Of a stretch of DNA of 64,000 nt, positions 1-14,004 are shown in pieces; the first letter of the stretch is position 1; each line of letters begins with the position of its first letter. The notes under the pieces were generated by a model. It was not told where the DNA came from. It made no database searches and saw nothing but the letters and a program-made list of their open reading frames with translations. This DNA is from an uncultured delta proteobacterium (lineage in GTDB: Bacteria > Desulfobacterota > Binatia > UBA9968), in the NCBI GenBank assembly GCA_963755715.1, contig CAVWLW010000068.1, positions 1 through 64,000 of the forward strand, written 5' to 3'. The position numbers and the translations under genes are program-made.

Positions 1-388
1 GGTGCCGAGAAGGATGAATTCGTCGATATCGACGATGACGCCGGTCTCGCGACTTACTCGCAAGCCGACGATCGAACTGCGCGAGCGCTCCGATCCGGCC
101 AGACCGTCGGGCTTGGCGTTTTGAAATACGGTAATCGGCCGCCTTGCGGCCGCCGCCGCCTTCCATACTTTCAGTAACAATAATTGCATTCCTAGGACAC
201 ATTTGAATTTATTTCAATAACGGGTTCTTCCTACCCGCAAGCCGACAACGCCGCCCGGATCGTTGTTGATAATCTTCAGCGTTTTGCCTTGATAAAAAAC
301 CGCTTGGGAAAAACCCTGAACCGGAAAGATCTCCGGCGACAAAAGAATAGCGGCAACTATTATTAGGAGCGGATATTTTGTTCCCATG
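1..388 (-). CDS. Bug/TctC-like tripartite tricarboxylate transporter substrate-binding protein, 5' part, heavily frameshifted; runs off the window
   Basis: Signal peptide then AVFYQGKTLKII..DPGG; downstream frames give MEGGGGRKAA..FQNAKPDGL and DIDEFILLGT, matching the paralogs at 23917 and 33863. Confidence 0.7.
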
Positions 389-455
389 AGCGTCTCCTCA
401 AATCCAAGCCATATAAACGCGCATATGGGAACAAGGGTCAAGTCCATTTTTGACA

Positions 456-543
<88 letters not shown>

Positions 544-572
544 TGCCGCGCCGTCGCGTAGAGCGCCCAGCT

Positions 573-812
573 TCAACCGCGGTTTTCTTGATGAGTATCT
601 AACGCGCTTTTTCCAACTCGGCCAAACGAGTCTTCGCCTGATTCGCGTAAGGCGAGCTGGAATATTCTTCGACGATCTGCCGATAAAGTTTTGTGGCGTG
701 CGGCTTGTTGAACTGCTTCTCTTTGAACTGCGCGGTATCGTATAAATCCTTTGCTTTATCGCCGCAGCCCACGAGCAGCAGAAGCAGGCAGGCCGAAAGA
801 AATCTGGCGCAT
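573..812 (-). CDS. Small lipoprotein with TPR-like helix pair (frameshift near the start; missing from the ORF track)
   Basis: GAGGAG RBS and ATG at 812; after a frameshift reads LLLLLVGC (lipobox) GDKAKDLYDTAQF..LYRQIVEEYSSSPYANQAKTRLAELEK to TGA at 573. Confidence 0.6.
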
Positions 813-866
813 GAAGATTCTCCTCAATGGTTGATGTCATGTTGGTTATAAATCTTCCGCGGCCTT

Positions 867-1417
867 TTAGCGGACGCTTGCTGGATCTTTGGCCTCGCGC
901 GGGAACCAGCCGCCGAGGCGGTGGTAGGCTTTCAGATAACTGATCTGCCCCTCGTTGGTCATGGCATTAACCAACACGCTTGACCAAGCGCACAGCTACC
1001 GTTGGCCGCGGATCATATTGCGGTTCGTCGAGCTCTCGCGCGAGCTCGTCGTCGGATAACGAGATTAGGTAGATTTTCATCCGCTCATACGTTCTATCGT
1101 GGTAGTCGAGGAGTTGCTGCGCGGAAGCGCGGAAAGAGTTGACTTGTTCGCGCTTGTGTCTGGGCCGATCGCCCATAATCCGCCGGTTCGGGGTGCATGG
1201 TGAACCGGGCAGCCCATCCTTCGCCGATCCACAGCTGCTCGCCGAAAGAAAGCCGGGCGACATTGGCGTCCATGACTCGACTGATGCGCCAGGCGAGCCA
1301 GCCGATCGACGGATGCGGCTCTTCGACCAGTTCCTCTGGGGCAACGTCGCCCAACGTGCGGTGCAGCGACTCGTGCACGCGTGTAAACGCGTCAAGCAGG
1401 ATATCGTTCGCGATCAT
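867..1417 (-). CDS. DinB/DUF664-like (mycothiol-transferase-like) protein, frameshifted
   Basis: SIGWLAW..QLWIGEGWAARF, then TVAVRLV and GQISYLK in successive frames. Confidence 0.7.
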
Positions 1418-1590
1418 GAAGGTCTCCTCCAGATATGGTGCATGGTATCAGGCCTTCGTATCGCATTATTGTAGTTGTTTGGCGAATGATCTTTTCTATC
1501 ACGGTTACGATTTCCGTAACTTCGCTTCGTCGATACCGATTGCAACGAACTGTTTACGGTGTTAGCGCTACAGCAATGAATTTCCAGAGT

Positions 1591-2427
1591 ATGAGCGACA
1601 GCAAAAGTTCCAGCGTCGAAATTCGTCTCGATCTACCCTATGGCGGCGGACCGGCCGGAGACCTTTGCGTCGACGTGTATCTGCCGACGAGCGCCGAGAT
1701 GCATCCGGCACTTCTTTGTTTGCACGGCGGCGCTCGGCTGCGCGGCTCTAAAGGACAGTACAAAAGTTGGGGACCATGGCTGGCAGAGCGCGGCTACGCT
1801 GTCGTCGCGGTGGACTACCGGCTGTCGAGCCAAGTCAGTCCCGCGTGGCCCGGCGTGTGGAAAAATATCTGCCGAGCATTAAATTGGCTGGTCGCAAACG
1901 CATCATCGCTGAACGTCGACCTGGCGCGCCTCGGCACCATCGGCGATTCGGTCGGCGGCCACATGGCGGCAATGCTTTCTCTGGATGAAACGACGGCCAA
2001 ACATATTCGTGCCATGGTGGGAGTCTACGGCATTTATGATCTCCCGGATTGGTGGCGCGTAACGCAACCGCCGAAACGCACCGACGATCCGGTGAAAAGG
2101 CTCATGAGCAAATCTTACCCGGAAGCGAAAGCGGATTACGAAAGCTTCTCACCGGTGCACCGGCTGCAGAACTTGCCGGGTGCTCCAACTGCCAGCTATC
2201 TGATCATTCACGGCGACCAAGACACGATCGTTCACCACAACCAATCGGACCGGCTGATTGGCGCGCTGCGCGATAAGGACGCCAAAGTCGAAGCGATGTT
2301 AATTCCCGGCTCCGGCCATCACTGGTTTACACTCGCGGACGACAATCCCGCGCGCAAGCGGGTCGATGAAGAGCCCAACGCTACGGTCGCCCCTGTGCTG
2401 CTACGCTTTCTTGAGCGCGAATTGTGA
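1591..2427 (+). CDS. Alpha/beta hydrolase (HSL/BD-FAE-like esterase)
   Basis: HGG oxyanion motif, GDSVGG nucleophile elbow, HGDQD Asp, GSGHHW His. Confidence 0.9.
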   Translation: MSDSKSSSVEIRLDLPYGGGPAGDLCVDVYLPTSAEMHPALLCLHGGARLRGSKGQYKSWGPWLAERGYAVVAVDYRLSSQVSPAWPGVWKNICRALNWLVANASSLNVDLARLGTIGDSVGGHMAAMLSLDETTAKHIRAMVGVYGIYDLPDWWRVTQPPKRTDDPVKRLMSKSYPEAKADYESFSPVHRLQNLPGAPTASYLIIHGDQDTIVHHNQSDRLIGALRDKDAKVEAMLIPGSGHHWFTLADDNPARKRVDEEPNATVAPVLLRFLEREL

Positions 2428-2527
2428 TCGACAGGTCTCCGAACGCGCGCTTTCTATGCTGACTGCGTCAAGGACATCAATTTCAGCGCGGAGTTGAATT
2501 CGTCTTAACACTTTCAAGGAGAATCAC

Positions 2528-3821
2528 ATGGCAGATTTATTCCGGTTATCGGCGAGTGAAGCTGCGGCGCGCATTCGCGAAGGCAAACTCACATCCGAAG
2601 CCTTGGTACGCTCCTGTCTCGAGCGGATCGATTCACGGGAATCAGAAGTCAAAGCATGGGTCCATTTGGACCGCGATTTTGCCCTGGCGCAGGCGCGGGA
2701 ATGCGACCGGAGCGCGAGCCGCGGTCCGATTCACGGAGTTCCATTCGCCGCCAAGGACATCATGGACACGGCCGACTTGCCCACGGAGTACGGATCTCCC
2801 ATCTACAAAGGCAACCGTCCCACGGCGGACGCCGCGTGCGTGGCACTGAGCCGCGCGGCCGGCGGGGTGCTATTGGGCAAGACGGTGACGACCGAGTTTG
2901 CCAGTCGATCTCCATTGGGAAACACGACGAATCCGCACAACCCCGCGCATACGCCCGGCGGTTCCTCCAGCGGCTCTGCCGCCGCGGTCGGTGATTCGAT
3001 GGTGCCGCTGGCCTTCGGCACCCAGACGGTCGGATCGGTGATTCGTCCGGCAGCGTTCTGCGGCTGCGTCGGCTACAAACCGAGCTTCGGCGAAGTGAGC
3101 ACGCAGGGCGTGAAGCAGAATACCGCGTCCTTCGACACCGTGGGGCTTTTCGCTCGCGCTGTCGAAGATCTCGCTCTGTTTCGCGCCGCGGTCACAGGAT
3201 TCGCACCGAAACCTCTGGCCGCCATTCCAGTGAATGAGCTCAAGATCGGCTTTTGCCGCTCCATGTTCTGGGACCGCGCGGAGGATTACACGAAAACCTT
3301 GCTCGAAGAGGCCGCAAGCGCGCTGGCGAAGGCCGGAGCGAAGGTCGCCGATTTCGCTCTCGGCAAGCCGTTCGAACAGTTCGAGGCCATGGGCCGGCGC
3401 ATCAATGATTACGAGTTCTCCCGTGGCCTCACCTGGGAACGGATGAATCACTGGAATCTTTTGAGCGAGTTCCAGCGCGACAAACTTCGCCGGCTGGCTC
3501 AATGTCTCCTACGACCAATACCGAGAGGCCGAAGCCGTGCTGGATCAGTGCCGCAGACATCTCGCCGACGCTATGAAGGATATCGATCTCCTGCTCACGC
3601 CCAGCGCTCTCGGAGAGGCTCCGGCAGGACTGACCAGTACGGGCGATACTTCGTTCAATATCCTCTCGACGTGGACCTATACTCCTTGCGTCACGCTGCC
3701 GGTGTTTACCGGACCGTCCGGTCTGCCAGTCGGCATTCAGCTCATCGGTCACCGAAACCAGGATCACCGTCTGTTGGAAGGAGCCCAGGCGGTTTACCGG
3801 GTGTTCTCGAAATCAACATGA
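2528..3821 (+). CDS. Amidase signature family protein, one frameshift near 3490
   Basis: KD, GGSSSGSAAAV and GTQTVGS signature; C-terminus GLPVGIQLIG in the second frame. Confidence 0.9.
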
Positions 3822-4002
3822 CCTTCACGGCGCCGACGATCGCCGTGAAGTGGTCGAAGGCGCGACGGCGCGAGGGCCAGCAGCGGGTTGCACGTCAGTT
3901 TCTCAAGGATTTATAGAAATGTCAGATGGCTACTGGATCGCGGGCTCGGCGGGCCGGTGGCACAAAACTAAAAACTCAATTGTTTTTTTTCGCCGCTCGG
4001 AG

Positions 4003-4494
4003 TTACTCGCCGATGAGGCGCAGGTTGTAGGCCGCTTTGAGGTCGGGAATCCAGTCGTCGAAGAAACGGATGCCGTGCGGCTCGCCAAGGCGATTCAGTT
4101 CGTCGAGCCCGATCGGCCCTTGGCGCAACCGCTCTCCGAAGTCCTTGAAGAAGAGCTCGAACCCACCTGGCGTGTACAGCTCGATGATGCGTGCGGGCTC
4201 GGGCCCCGCGTTCCACATGGTGTGTGGGATCCGGCGAGGCTTCAGCACCCAGCTACCGGGTGTCGCCTTGACGACCTCCTCGCCGACCCGAGCGTGCATC
4301 TCCCCCTCGAGCACGTAGAGCCAGACATCGTTCTCGTGCACGTGTGGCGGTAGGAGAAGACCCGGCTCGAACGGCTGCTCGATGATCGAGATGACCCCGT
4401 TCGTCTCCTCGCCGTAAAGCTTGATGATGACGCCGTTGGCGTCGTCACCCTCGTCCCTGGCGACCAGCGTCTTGCCCTTGATGCGTTCACGCAT
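4003..4494 (-). CDS. Cupin domain protein
   Basis: PPHVHE..YVLEG..PRRIPH; GAGG RBS. Confidence 0.85.
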   Translation of the reverse strand: MRERIKGKTLVARDEGDDANGVIIKLYGEETNGVISIIEQPFEPGLLLPPHVHENDVWLYVLEGEMHARVGEEVVKATPGSWVLKPRRIPHTMWNAGPEPARIIELYTPGGFELFFKDFGERLRQGPIGLDELNRLGEPHGIRFFDDWIPDLKAAYNLRLIGE

Positions 4495-4929
4495 GGCTCG
4501 CCTCCTTGGTAGTGGAGCACTCCATAATGATCTCGTCCTTGTGGTGTGTCGGTTCTTCTGGATTGAATTGTAGCTCCGGTATTTCAGCGCGCAATTCGCA
4601 AAACTTGCAGATGAAGTATGCGAATATGCGAAGGTCTTGCCTTCGGCGGTGGCGCGGCGGGTGCGCTGTATGCGCTCGCAAACTGGTTGGACGACAGTCC
4701 CGCCCGCGTGCCCCGGCTTGGCAGCGAAGTCTTTGACGCTTATCGCGCTAGAACTCTTGATGCACTACGCGATAGGCCATCCGCTGATTACGCGACCTCC
4801 CTTATGAGATGACAGACACCTGATTCTAAAGGATGACCGGCAATGGGTGACAAATGAACGCGTTTTGCCGAGATGCTCTTCCGTTTGGGCGAACCACGAA
4901 CACGAGCACGGCAGTTGCTGAGGCGGTTT

Positions 4930-6072
4930 TCACTTTTGCGGCAGAACCTCTTTGACCAACTTGAATATCGGCGTCAGGTCTTGGTACTCCGGTCTGGCCA
5001 GATCGAAATATTTCTTGCCTTCTTCCAGGCGGTTGTAGGGATCGACTTCGTCTTTTGGAATATCGATGCGGCGCGAATTGTGCGCGTCGGGCCGGCCGAA
5101 TTTCTGCAACGCAAGCTGCCCTTCCCGGGACAGCAGCCAGTTGACGAAAAGCTTCGCCGCATTGGGGTGGGGTGCGCGCGTCGGGATGCCGAGCGTGCCG
5201 CCGGCGGCACTGCTGCTGCCGCCCTCCTTCCAATCTTCGGCGTCGAGGTAACCGATCGGCAGCTTTTGCTGCACTGCCTTGCCTACTTCGCTGCCCGCGT
5301 TGCAGCGAATACATAGAGAGAATTTGCCCGCGGCAAGCCAGTCGGTCATTTGGCGCGGATCACGGCTCACGGTGATCTGCGTGTCGCCATAGAGTTTTTT
5401 GATAAATGGCGGGCCGAGGTCAGGATGATAGTAGAAAAACTGCAGCGTCGCTCCCATGCCGAAGGCCGTCGGGTCGAGCGACACCGTTTTCCCTTTCCAC
5501 TTGGGCTGCAATAGATCCCAGTAGGATTTGAACTCGCCGGGATTGGCCTGCTTCAAGTTATAAGCGACTTGGCCCGATAGAGAATTGGCGACAAAGGCAA
5601 AAATGTAGCGCTTGTCCGGATCGATGTAGCGGTGTTCGCCCTCATACCATTTTGTTTGATCCAAGACTTCGGGAAGGATGAGCGCGGGTTTGATCGGTTC
5701 GAGAATCTGCGCCTTGTAAAGCGCGTCGTGCAGCATGTTGGCCCCGGAGCTCACCACGTCCACGAGATATTTTTCACCGCGCCGTTCGGCCAGGATGCGC
5801 GATGCCAGCGAATTGCCGGCGACGGCAACGACGATGTTCGCTTTGATCTTAGGGTATTTTTTCCTGAATACTTCCAACACGCGGTCGTAATCGTAACAGC
5901 AACCATACAGCGTAAACTGCCCCTCGGCTTCGGCGGCGCGCAGCGTTTTTTCCCACTCCGCTTGCCAACTCGACTGGGCGGCAACGAACGGAACGGAGGA
6001 TACGATCCATAGAACGACACAGATCACCGTGCATGCGGCGAGATTCACAAAGCCGTGGTTACGCGAGATCAT
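4930..6072 (-). CDS. ABC-type extracellular solute-binding protein (AfuA/thiamine-like cluster)
   Basis: Signal peptide, YWDLLQPKWKGK, APHPNAAKLFVNWLLSREGQ. Confidence 0.9.
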   Translation of the reverse strand: MISRNHGFVNLAACTVICVVLWIVSSVPFVAAQSSWQAEWEKTLRAAEAEGQFTLYGCCYDYDRVLEVFRKKYPKIKANIVVAVAGNSLASRILAERRGEKYLVDVVSSGANMLHDALYKAQILEPIKPALILPEVLDQTKWYEGEHRYIDPDKRYIFAFVANSLSGQVAYNLKQANPGEFKSYWDLLQPKWKGKTVSLDPTAFGMGATLQFFYYHPDLGPPFIKKLYGDTQITVSRDPRQMTDWLAAGKFSLCIRCNAGSEVGKAVQQKLPIGYLDAEDWKEGGSSSAAGGTLGIPTRAPHPNAAKLFVNWLLSREGQLALQKFGRPDAHNSRRIDIPKDEVDPYNRLEEGKKYFDLARPEYQDLTPIFKLVKEVLPQK

Positions 6073-6426
6073 ATTCTCCCAGCATCATCAGGACAGAGAG
6101 ATGGTTTTATTTATCAAAGCATAGCGTGAACTGAGCTTGAGGATTCAATAAAGTTTGCGGAGATGCAATAACCGCGGCGCATTTCAAGCGCATGCAGGAC
6201 CACCGTCCGCGATCAACGCTGCTGACTGCTGTGTCTGACTCGAGCTTGCCTAACTCTACTAACTCTAAGTGCGCGGAGTTTTTGCTCCGTCTCCGTTTCA
6301 AATGATTTTTATCTGGCACCTTTGCGAATCACGTTTCGTTTTTCTATCATTATTGTAATCGAGAAAGGACATGTGGCAGGCCACTCGTCCCGCATTTGGA
6401 TTACTCTGGAGGATCCGAAAAACACG

Positions 6427-6732
6427 ATGAGTCTAAAAAAACAATATTTGAAAAAACCTCGCGTCTGTAAAGTTACCTTTTCTCTCCCAAAGGAAGCCGC
6501 CGGTTCTGCGGCCAATGTGAGTCTCGTGGGGGACTTTAATGAGTGGAGCAAAGAAACCGTCCCGATGAAGCGACTGAAAAACGGCACTTTCACGGCCACC
6601 GTCACGTTGGAACCGAGCAAGGAATATCACTTTCGCTACTTTGTCGATGGCCAGCGTTGGGAAAACGACTGGAATGCCGACAAGTACGTGCCCAATAGTC
6701 ACGGCAGCGACGACTCCGTCGTAGTGGTGTAA
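6427..6732 (+). CDS. Stand-alone glycogen-binding CBM48 / isoamylase early-set domain protein
   Basis: KVTFSLP..VSLVGDFNEW..YHFRYFVDGQRWENDW. Confidence 0.85.
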   Translation: MSLKKQYLKKPRVCKVTFSLPKEAAGSAANVSLVGDFNEWSKETVPMKRLKNGTFTATVTLEPSKEYHFRYFVDGQRWENDWNADKYVPNSHGSDDSVVVV

Positions 6733-6975
6733 CGCCGAAACACGGCGAACAACGAACCGGCGATTTCGATGGTGCCGGCTCTGTAGATCAGTCTCGTCTG
6801 GCTCTGGTTCTGTGACCAGCAGAGTGAGAGAAAAAAGGGCGATGTTTCAGATTTTTGAAACACCGCCCTCGTTTGTTGCTCACTGCTTCCGTTAACTTGT
6901 GCGGATTCTATCGCATCCTGATCATCCGATATGCAATTCAGAATACGCTACGGAACCCTCGGGGACATGCTAAAT

Positions 6976-7853
<878 letters not shown>

Positions 7854-8054
7854 GGGACATCCTACGCCTCGAGATCTTCCGCAAGGGACCGCCTGGTTTC
7901 CGGTGCAAGCTTTGCCTCAGCCCGGGCCAGGCCGGCGCCTCTCCATCACAATGTGCTCGTAGCCTGGTGACTCGGCACACACCCCGTCAACAGCAAAGCG
8001 CGGGCGAACCGCAGAGGGTAGCCCGCGCTTGCTGCAACGGTATTGGTAACGAAC

Positions 8055-10372
<2,318 letters not shown>

Positions 10373-10443
10373 TTACTGCTTCCATACCGAAATAATCTAC
10401 AACTGCGAACAGTGTTTGCCAATACATCTTTTAAATCTTTGTG

Positions 10444-10458
10444 ATAGCTTTCACCTAT
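10444..10458. promoter_or_regulatory. OxyR-type ATAG-N7-CTAT box in the katG/oxyR divergent spacer
   Basis: ATAGctttcacCTAT immediately before the oxyR ATG. Confidence 0.7.
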
Positions 10459-10459
10459 T

Positions 10460-11419
10460 ATGAATTTCAATCCTCATGCGTTTTCCCTTCGGCAGCTTCA
10501 ATACATTGTCGCGGTTGCCGATTTGCTGAGCTTCAATCGCGCCGCTGATGAGTGTCATGTGTCTCAACCGTCGCTGAGCTTACAAATTGCTGAGCTCGAG
10601 CGTGTGTTGGCCATCAAAATATTCGAGCGTGATGCCCATCGTGTTGCTTTGACAGCGGCGGGCCGGGATTTCGTCGAGAGCGCGCGTGTGGTATTGCACG
10701 CGGCCGACGCACTGCTAGAAACAGCCCGGCGTGGCATCGATCCGTTCTCCGGCACTCTACGCATCGGCGTCATTCCGACAATTTCGCCTTATTGGTTACC
10801 TGAGTTGGCATCGGCCCTGCGCAAGGCCTATCCGCATTTGACGGTGATTTGGGTGGAAGATAAAACCCATATGCTCGTGCACGCCCTTCAATCGGGTGCT
10901 ATCGATGCAGCTCTGCTGGCGCTGGAAGCGGAAATCGGCGACGTCGAGCGCGAGGTAATCGCGAAAGACCCATTTGTCTTGGTGGCGCCGGCGGGAAATC
11001 CGCTCGTCGCGAAAGGCGCACCCGCCAAAGCCGCCGAATTGCGCGGCGCAACCGTGATGGTGCTCGAAGACGAACATTGCTTTGGCAAGCAGGCTCTGGA
11101 GTTCTGCTTACATGCCAAAGCGCAACAGCATCAGTTCCGAGGAACGAGTCTCGCCACCGTCATCAGCATGGTCGCGGGCGGCGTCGGAGTGACGTTGTTG
11201 CCGACTCTCGCGGTGCGGAACGAGGTACGAATGCATAACCTGCGTGTGCGCCGTTTCGCTGACGCCGAGGCGGTTCGGACCATCGGTCTGGTGTGGCGCA
11301 AGAACTCTTTCCTGACACCGGCCTTACGGAAGTTAGCGACTAGCATGAGTCGCGCTTATCCGAAGATCCAAAAGTCCAACTTAAGGGGAAAAATCAATAA
11401 TGACTTTTCGAAGAGGTAA
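10460..11419 (+). CDS. oxyR: LysR-family peroxide sensor OxyR
   Basis: LysR HTH, GVIPTISPY, EHCFGKQALEFC (C199/C208 equivalents); divergent from katG. Confidence 0.9.
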   Translation: MNFNPHAFSLRQLQYIVAVADLLSFNRAADECHVSQPSLSLQIAELERVLAIKIFERDAHRVALTAAGRDFVESARVVLHAADALLETARRGIDPFSGTLRIGVIPTISPYWLPELASALRKAYPHLTVIWVEDKTHMLVHALQSGAIDAALLALEAEIGDVEREVIAKDPFVLVAPAGNPLVAKGAPAKAAELRGATVMVLEDEHCFGKQALEFCLHAKAQQHQFRGTSLATVISMVAGGVGVTLLPTLAVRNEVRMHNLRVRRFADAEAVRTIGLVWRKNSFLTPALRKLATSMSRAYPKIQKSNLRGKINNDFSKR

Positions 11420-11442
11420 TGCAGCAAAGCACTAATGATCGA

Positions 11443-13131
11443 TCAACATTGGCCGCGCGAGCTTTTGGAATCAATCGATCTGATCAACTCCTTGGTTGTC
11501 GGGATCAGCGGAGGGGAAACACTGAGCGCACGGAAGCCGAGTTCCAGTAGCGTTGGGATGACTTCCTCTCGGCCCGCCAGCTCGCCGCAGATCGTGACCG
11601 GCTTCCCCGAAGCTTCGGCAATGATGATGCCGAGCAACCGAATCATTGAGGGGTGGGTTTCCTCGTAGTAGTCGCTCACGGCGGCATTATCGCGGCCGGC
11701 GACGAGAGTGTACTGGGTAAGATCGTTTGTGCCCACGGAAAGAAAATCAGCGTGCCTGGCGATTTGCCCGACGGTCAGGGCCGCGGCCGGCGTTTCGATC
11801 ATGGCGCCGAGAGGCGGAAGCTTTTCGATCCCCATTTCGTGGGCGACCGCCGCGAGCAGCTCGCGCATCTGTCGCATGTCACGCTCGATGGTGACCATCG
11901 GCACGAGGATACGAATGTCTTGGGCCTGAGAGAGCCGCAGCAAGGTTCTAAGCTGCGTGCGCGCAAGCTGCGGATACGCGAGCAGCAGGCGCACCCCGCG
12001 TTGACCGAGAAGCGGGTTTGATTCGAAAGGAAGCCGCAGGGACGAAATCGCCTTATCTCCACCGACGTCCAGCAGGCGGATCGTCACCGGTTTCTCACGC
12101 AGAGGCGCGACGAGCTGTTGCAGTTCGCTGAAAAGCTCTTCTTCGGAGGGCAGCTCACGCCCGAAGTAGAGCTCCTCGATGCGCAGCAGACCGACACCGT
12201 CAGCGCCGTTTTCGATGACGGCTTCGACGCTGGCGTGCACGGCGAGATTCGCCTCGACAGACACCGTCTGGTGATCGCGCGTGATCGCCGGCCTGTGGCA
12301 CGTCCATTTGCAGGTCAACAGGCTGGCGCGATATTCTTCGAGCCGCCGGTCAAAGTCGTGACGTCTCTCGGGGTCGGGCGAAATGATCAGTGTCTCGCGA
12401 AAAGCATCGACCAGCGCCTCATCGCCGCTATGAATCCGGCTGAGCAGCCCGGGCAAACCCGCTAAGGTTGGAATGCCTTTTTCACGAGTGAGCAGAGCGG
12501 CGTGCGAGCCTTGCCCTAACGACTCGACGACGATCGCTGTCACGTCGCCAGGTGAGATGGCGACTACATCCGATGGCAGCAGCCGCTGGGTTACCAGCAC
12601 GCTGCCTGTCGGCATCGCGGCGAGTCCGAAAGCATCCGCGCCTTCCAGTTGGCGCAAAACTCGCCGGGCCAAATCGAGGATATCGTCGGCCCGCTGGCGC
12701 AGCGTCTCATCCTGGATCGCGGCGAACTTTGCTTCCCATTTGCGAAAGACGCTCTTGACTGCCTCTGCGGCACTCGTCAAGGACTCTCGCATTTCCGTTT
12801 CGAACTCGTTCGACGATAGGAGGTTCTCCAGCATTAACCGGTGCGCACGAAATATCCCGGCGAGGCTTGGATCGATCTGTTCACTGACGCGCCGCGCTGA
12901 TTCTTCCAACTCGGCTTCCACTTGTAGGACCGCGCGTCGAACCCGCTCCATCTCAGCGTCGACTTGGTGCGGCTCGATGCGCTGCGTTTCTGCGCTGCGG
13001 TCGAGCAGGTCACCTGCCACCCAAACTCTGCCGCTCGCCAGTCCTGCCGAGATTCGGGTTGCCTTGAGACTCAGTTCCGTGCGCGATGATTGGGGTAAAC
13101 TACTCGCGCCGGCTGTTGGTTGAGAATTCAT
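11443..13131 (-). CDS. ptsI: Phosphoenolpyruvate-protein phosphotransferase (PTS enzyme I)
   Basis: GSHAALL phospho-His, DVGGDK, MIETPAA, SVGTNDLTQY, ICGELAG. Confidence 0.9.
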   Translation of the reverse strand: MNSQPTAGASSLPQSSRTELSLKATRISAGLASGRVWVAGDLLDRSAETQRIEPHQVDAEMERVRRAVLQVEAELEESARRVSEQIDPSLAGIFRAHRLMLENLLSSNEFETEMRESLTSAAEAVKSVFRKWEAKFAAIQDETLRQRADDILDLARRVLRQLEGADAFGLAAMPTGSVLVTQRLLPSDVVAISPGDVTAIVVESLGQGSHAALLTREKGIPTLAGLPGLLSRIHSGDEALVDAFRETLIISPDPERRHDFDRRLEEYRASLLTCKWTCHRPAITRDHQTVSVEANLAVHASVEAVIENGADGVGLLRIEELYFGRELPSEEELFSELQQLVAPLREKPVTIRLLDVGGDKAISSLRLPFESNPLLGQRGVRLLLAYPQLARTQLRTLLRLSQAQDIRILVPMVTIERDMRQMRELLAAVAHEMGIEKLPPLGAMIETPAAALTVGQIARHADFLSVGTNDLTQYTLVAGRDNAAVSDYYEETHPSMIRLLGIIIAEASGKPVTICGELAGREEVIPTLLELGFRALSVSPPLIPTTKELIRSIDSKSSRGQC

Positions 13132-13315
13132 GGTCAAGCTTTAGCATTCCGGTCCGTCAAAGCGTAACTAACATCGAGCTGTTGGGCGTTCCGCGACCTG
13201 TCTTTCAGATCCGAAGATTTTGGACATGCAAGTCACACATCGTCACCGGGTCCAGTCATTCGACGTTCCCGATCAGTGTTGGCTTGTAGCGTTTTGCCGG
13301 CTCGTGGCCGGCATC

Positions 13316-13825
13316 TCACCTTGCCGCTTGCTGCTCTCGATAGAAGACCAGCGCATCTGTGACACCGGGATCGATGCCCGATTGATAGAGCAGGGTCGTA
13401 ACTTGTCCGCGATGGTGGGTTTGGTGATTGAACAAGTGAACGATCGCGGGTCCGAGCGGGTGGTTAAATTTCTCTCCGGCATAATTCTCGTAACTGAACG
13501 GAGTGTCGAGCCGCTCCGGCGCAATCCCGGCAAGGAACTCTTCGATCTCGCGGTCGGTCCTGTCACGCTCGCGGCGAAGTTCGGCAAAATTCGCATATAG
13601 CTCCTCGTCCAGCGAAGCGAACGGCCATGGCTTCCCGTGGAAACGCGCCATCCAGCCGCGGTCGGTCAGGAGCAGGTGGTTGAAAGTGCCGTGAATAGAT
13701 CGGAAGAAGGCCCTGCGGTCGCGCTTACGTTCTTCGTCGGATAATCCCTCGCACATACCGTAAAGCCGCTCGTTCATCCAACGATTGTATCCCGCCATCA
13801 TTCGCAAGCTTTCGAGCAAATCCAT
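13316..13825 (-). CDS. DinB family protein
   Basis: YNRWMN..SIHGTFNHLL..HLFNHQTHHRGQ. Confidence 0.9.
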   Translation of the reverse strand: MDLLESLRMMAGYNRWMNERLYGMCEGLSDEERKRDRRAFFRSIHGTFNHLLLTDRGWMARFHGKPWPFASLDEELYANFAELRRERDRTDREIEEFLAGIAPERLDTPFSYENYAGEKFNHPLGPAIVHLFNHQTHHRGQVTTLLYQSGIDPGVTDALVFYREQQAAR

Positions 13826-14004
13826 CGGTATCCTCCGTCGTCACACGCGCACAGTCAGCGACATTTTGGTTGGGCAGCCAAGCGCTCCCCAGCGAATTAT
13901 CGTACGCATTATCGTTTCAGACTTGCTTCACTCGACTAACTCGATACCGTGCGCACGGCGGATTGCTCGTGAGTTTTCTCGGGAACTTGTTCAATCCCCC
14001 AGCC

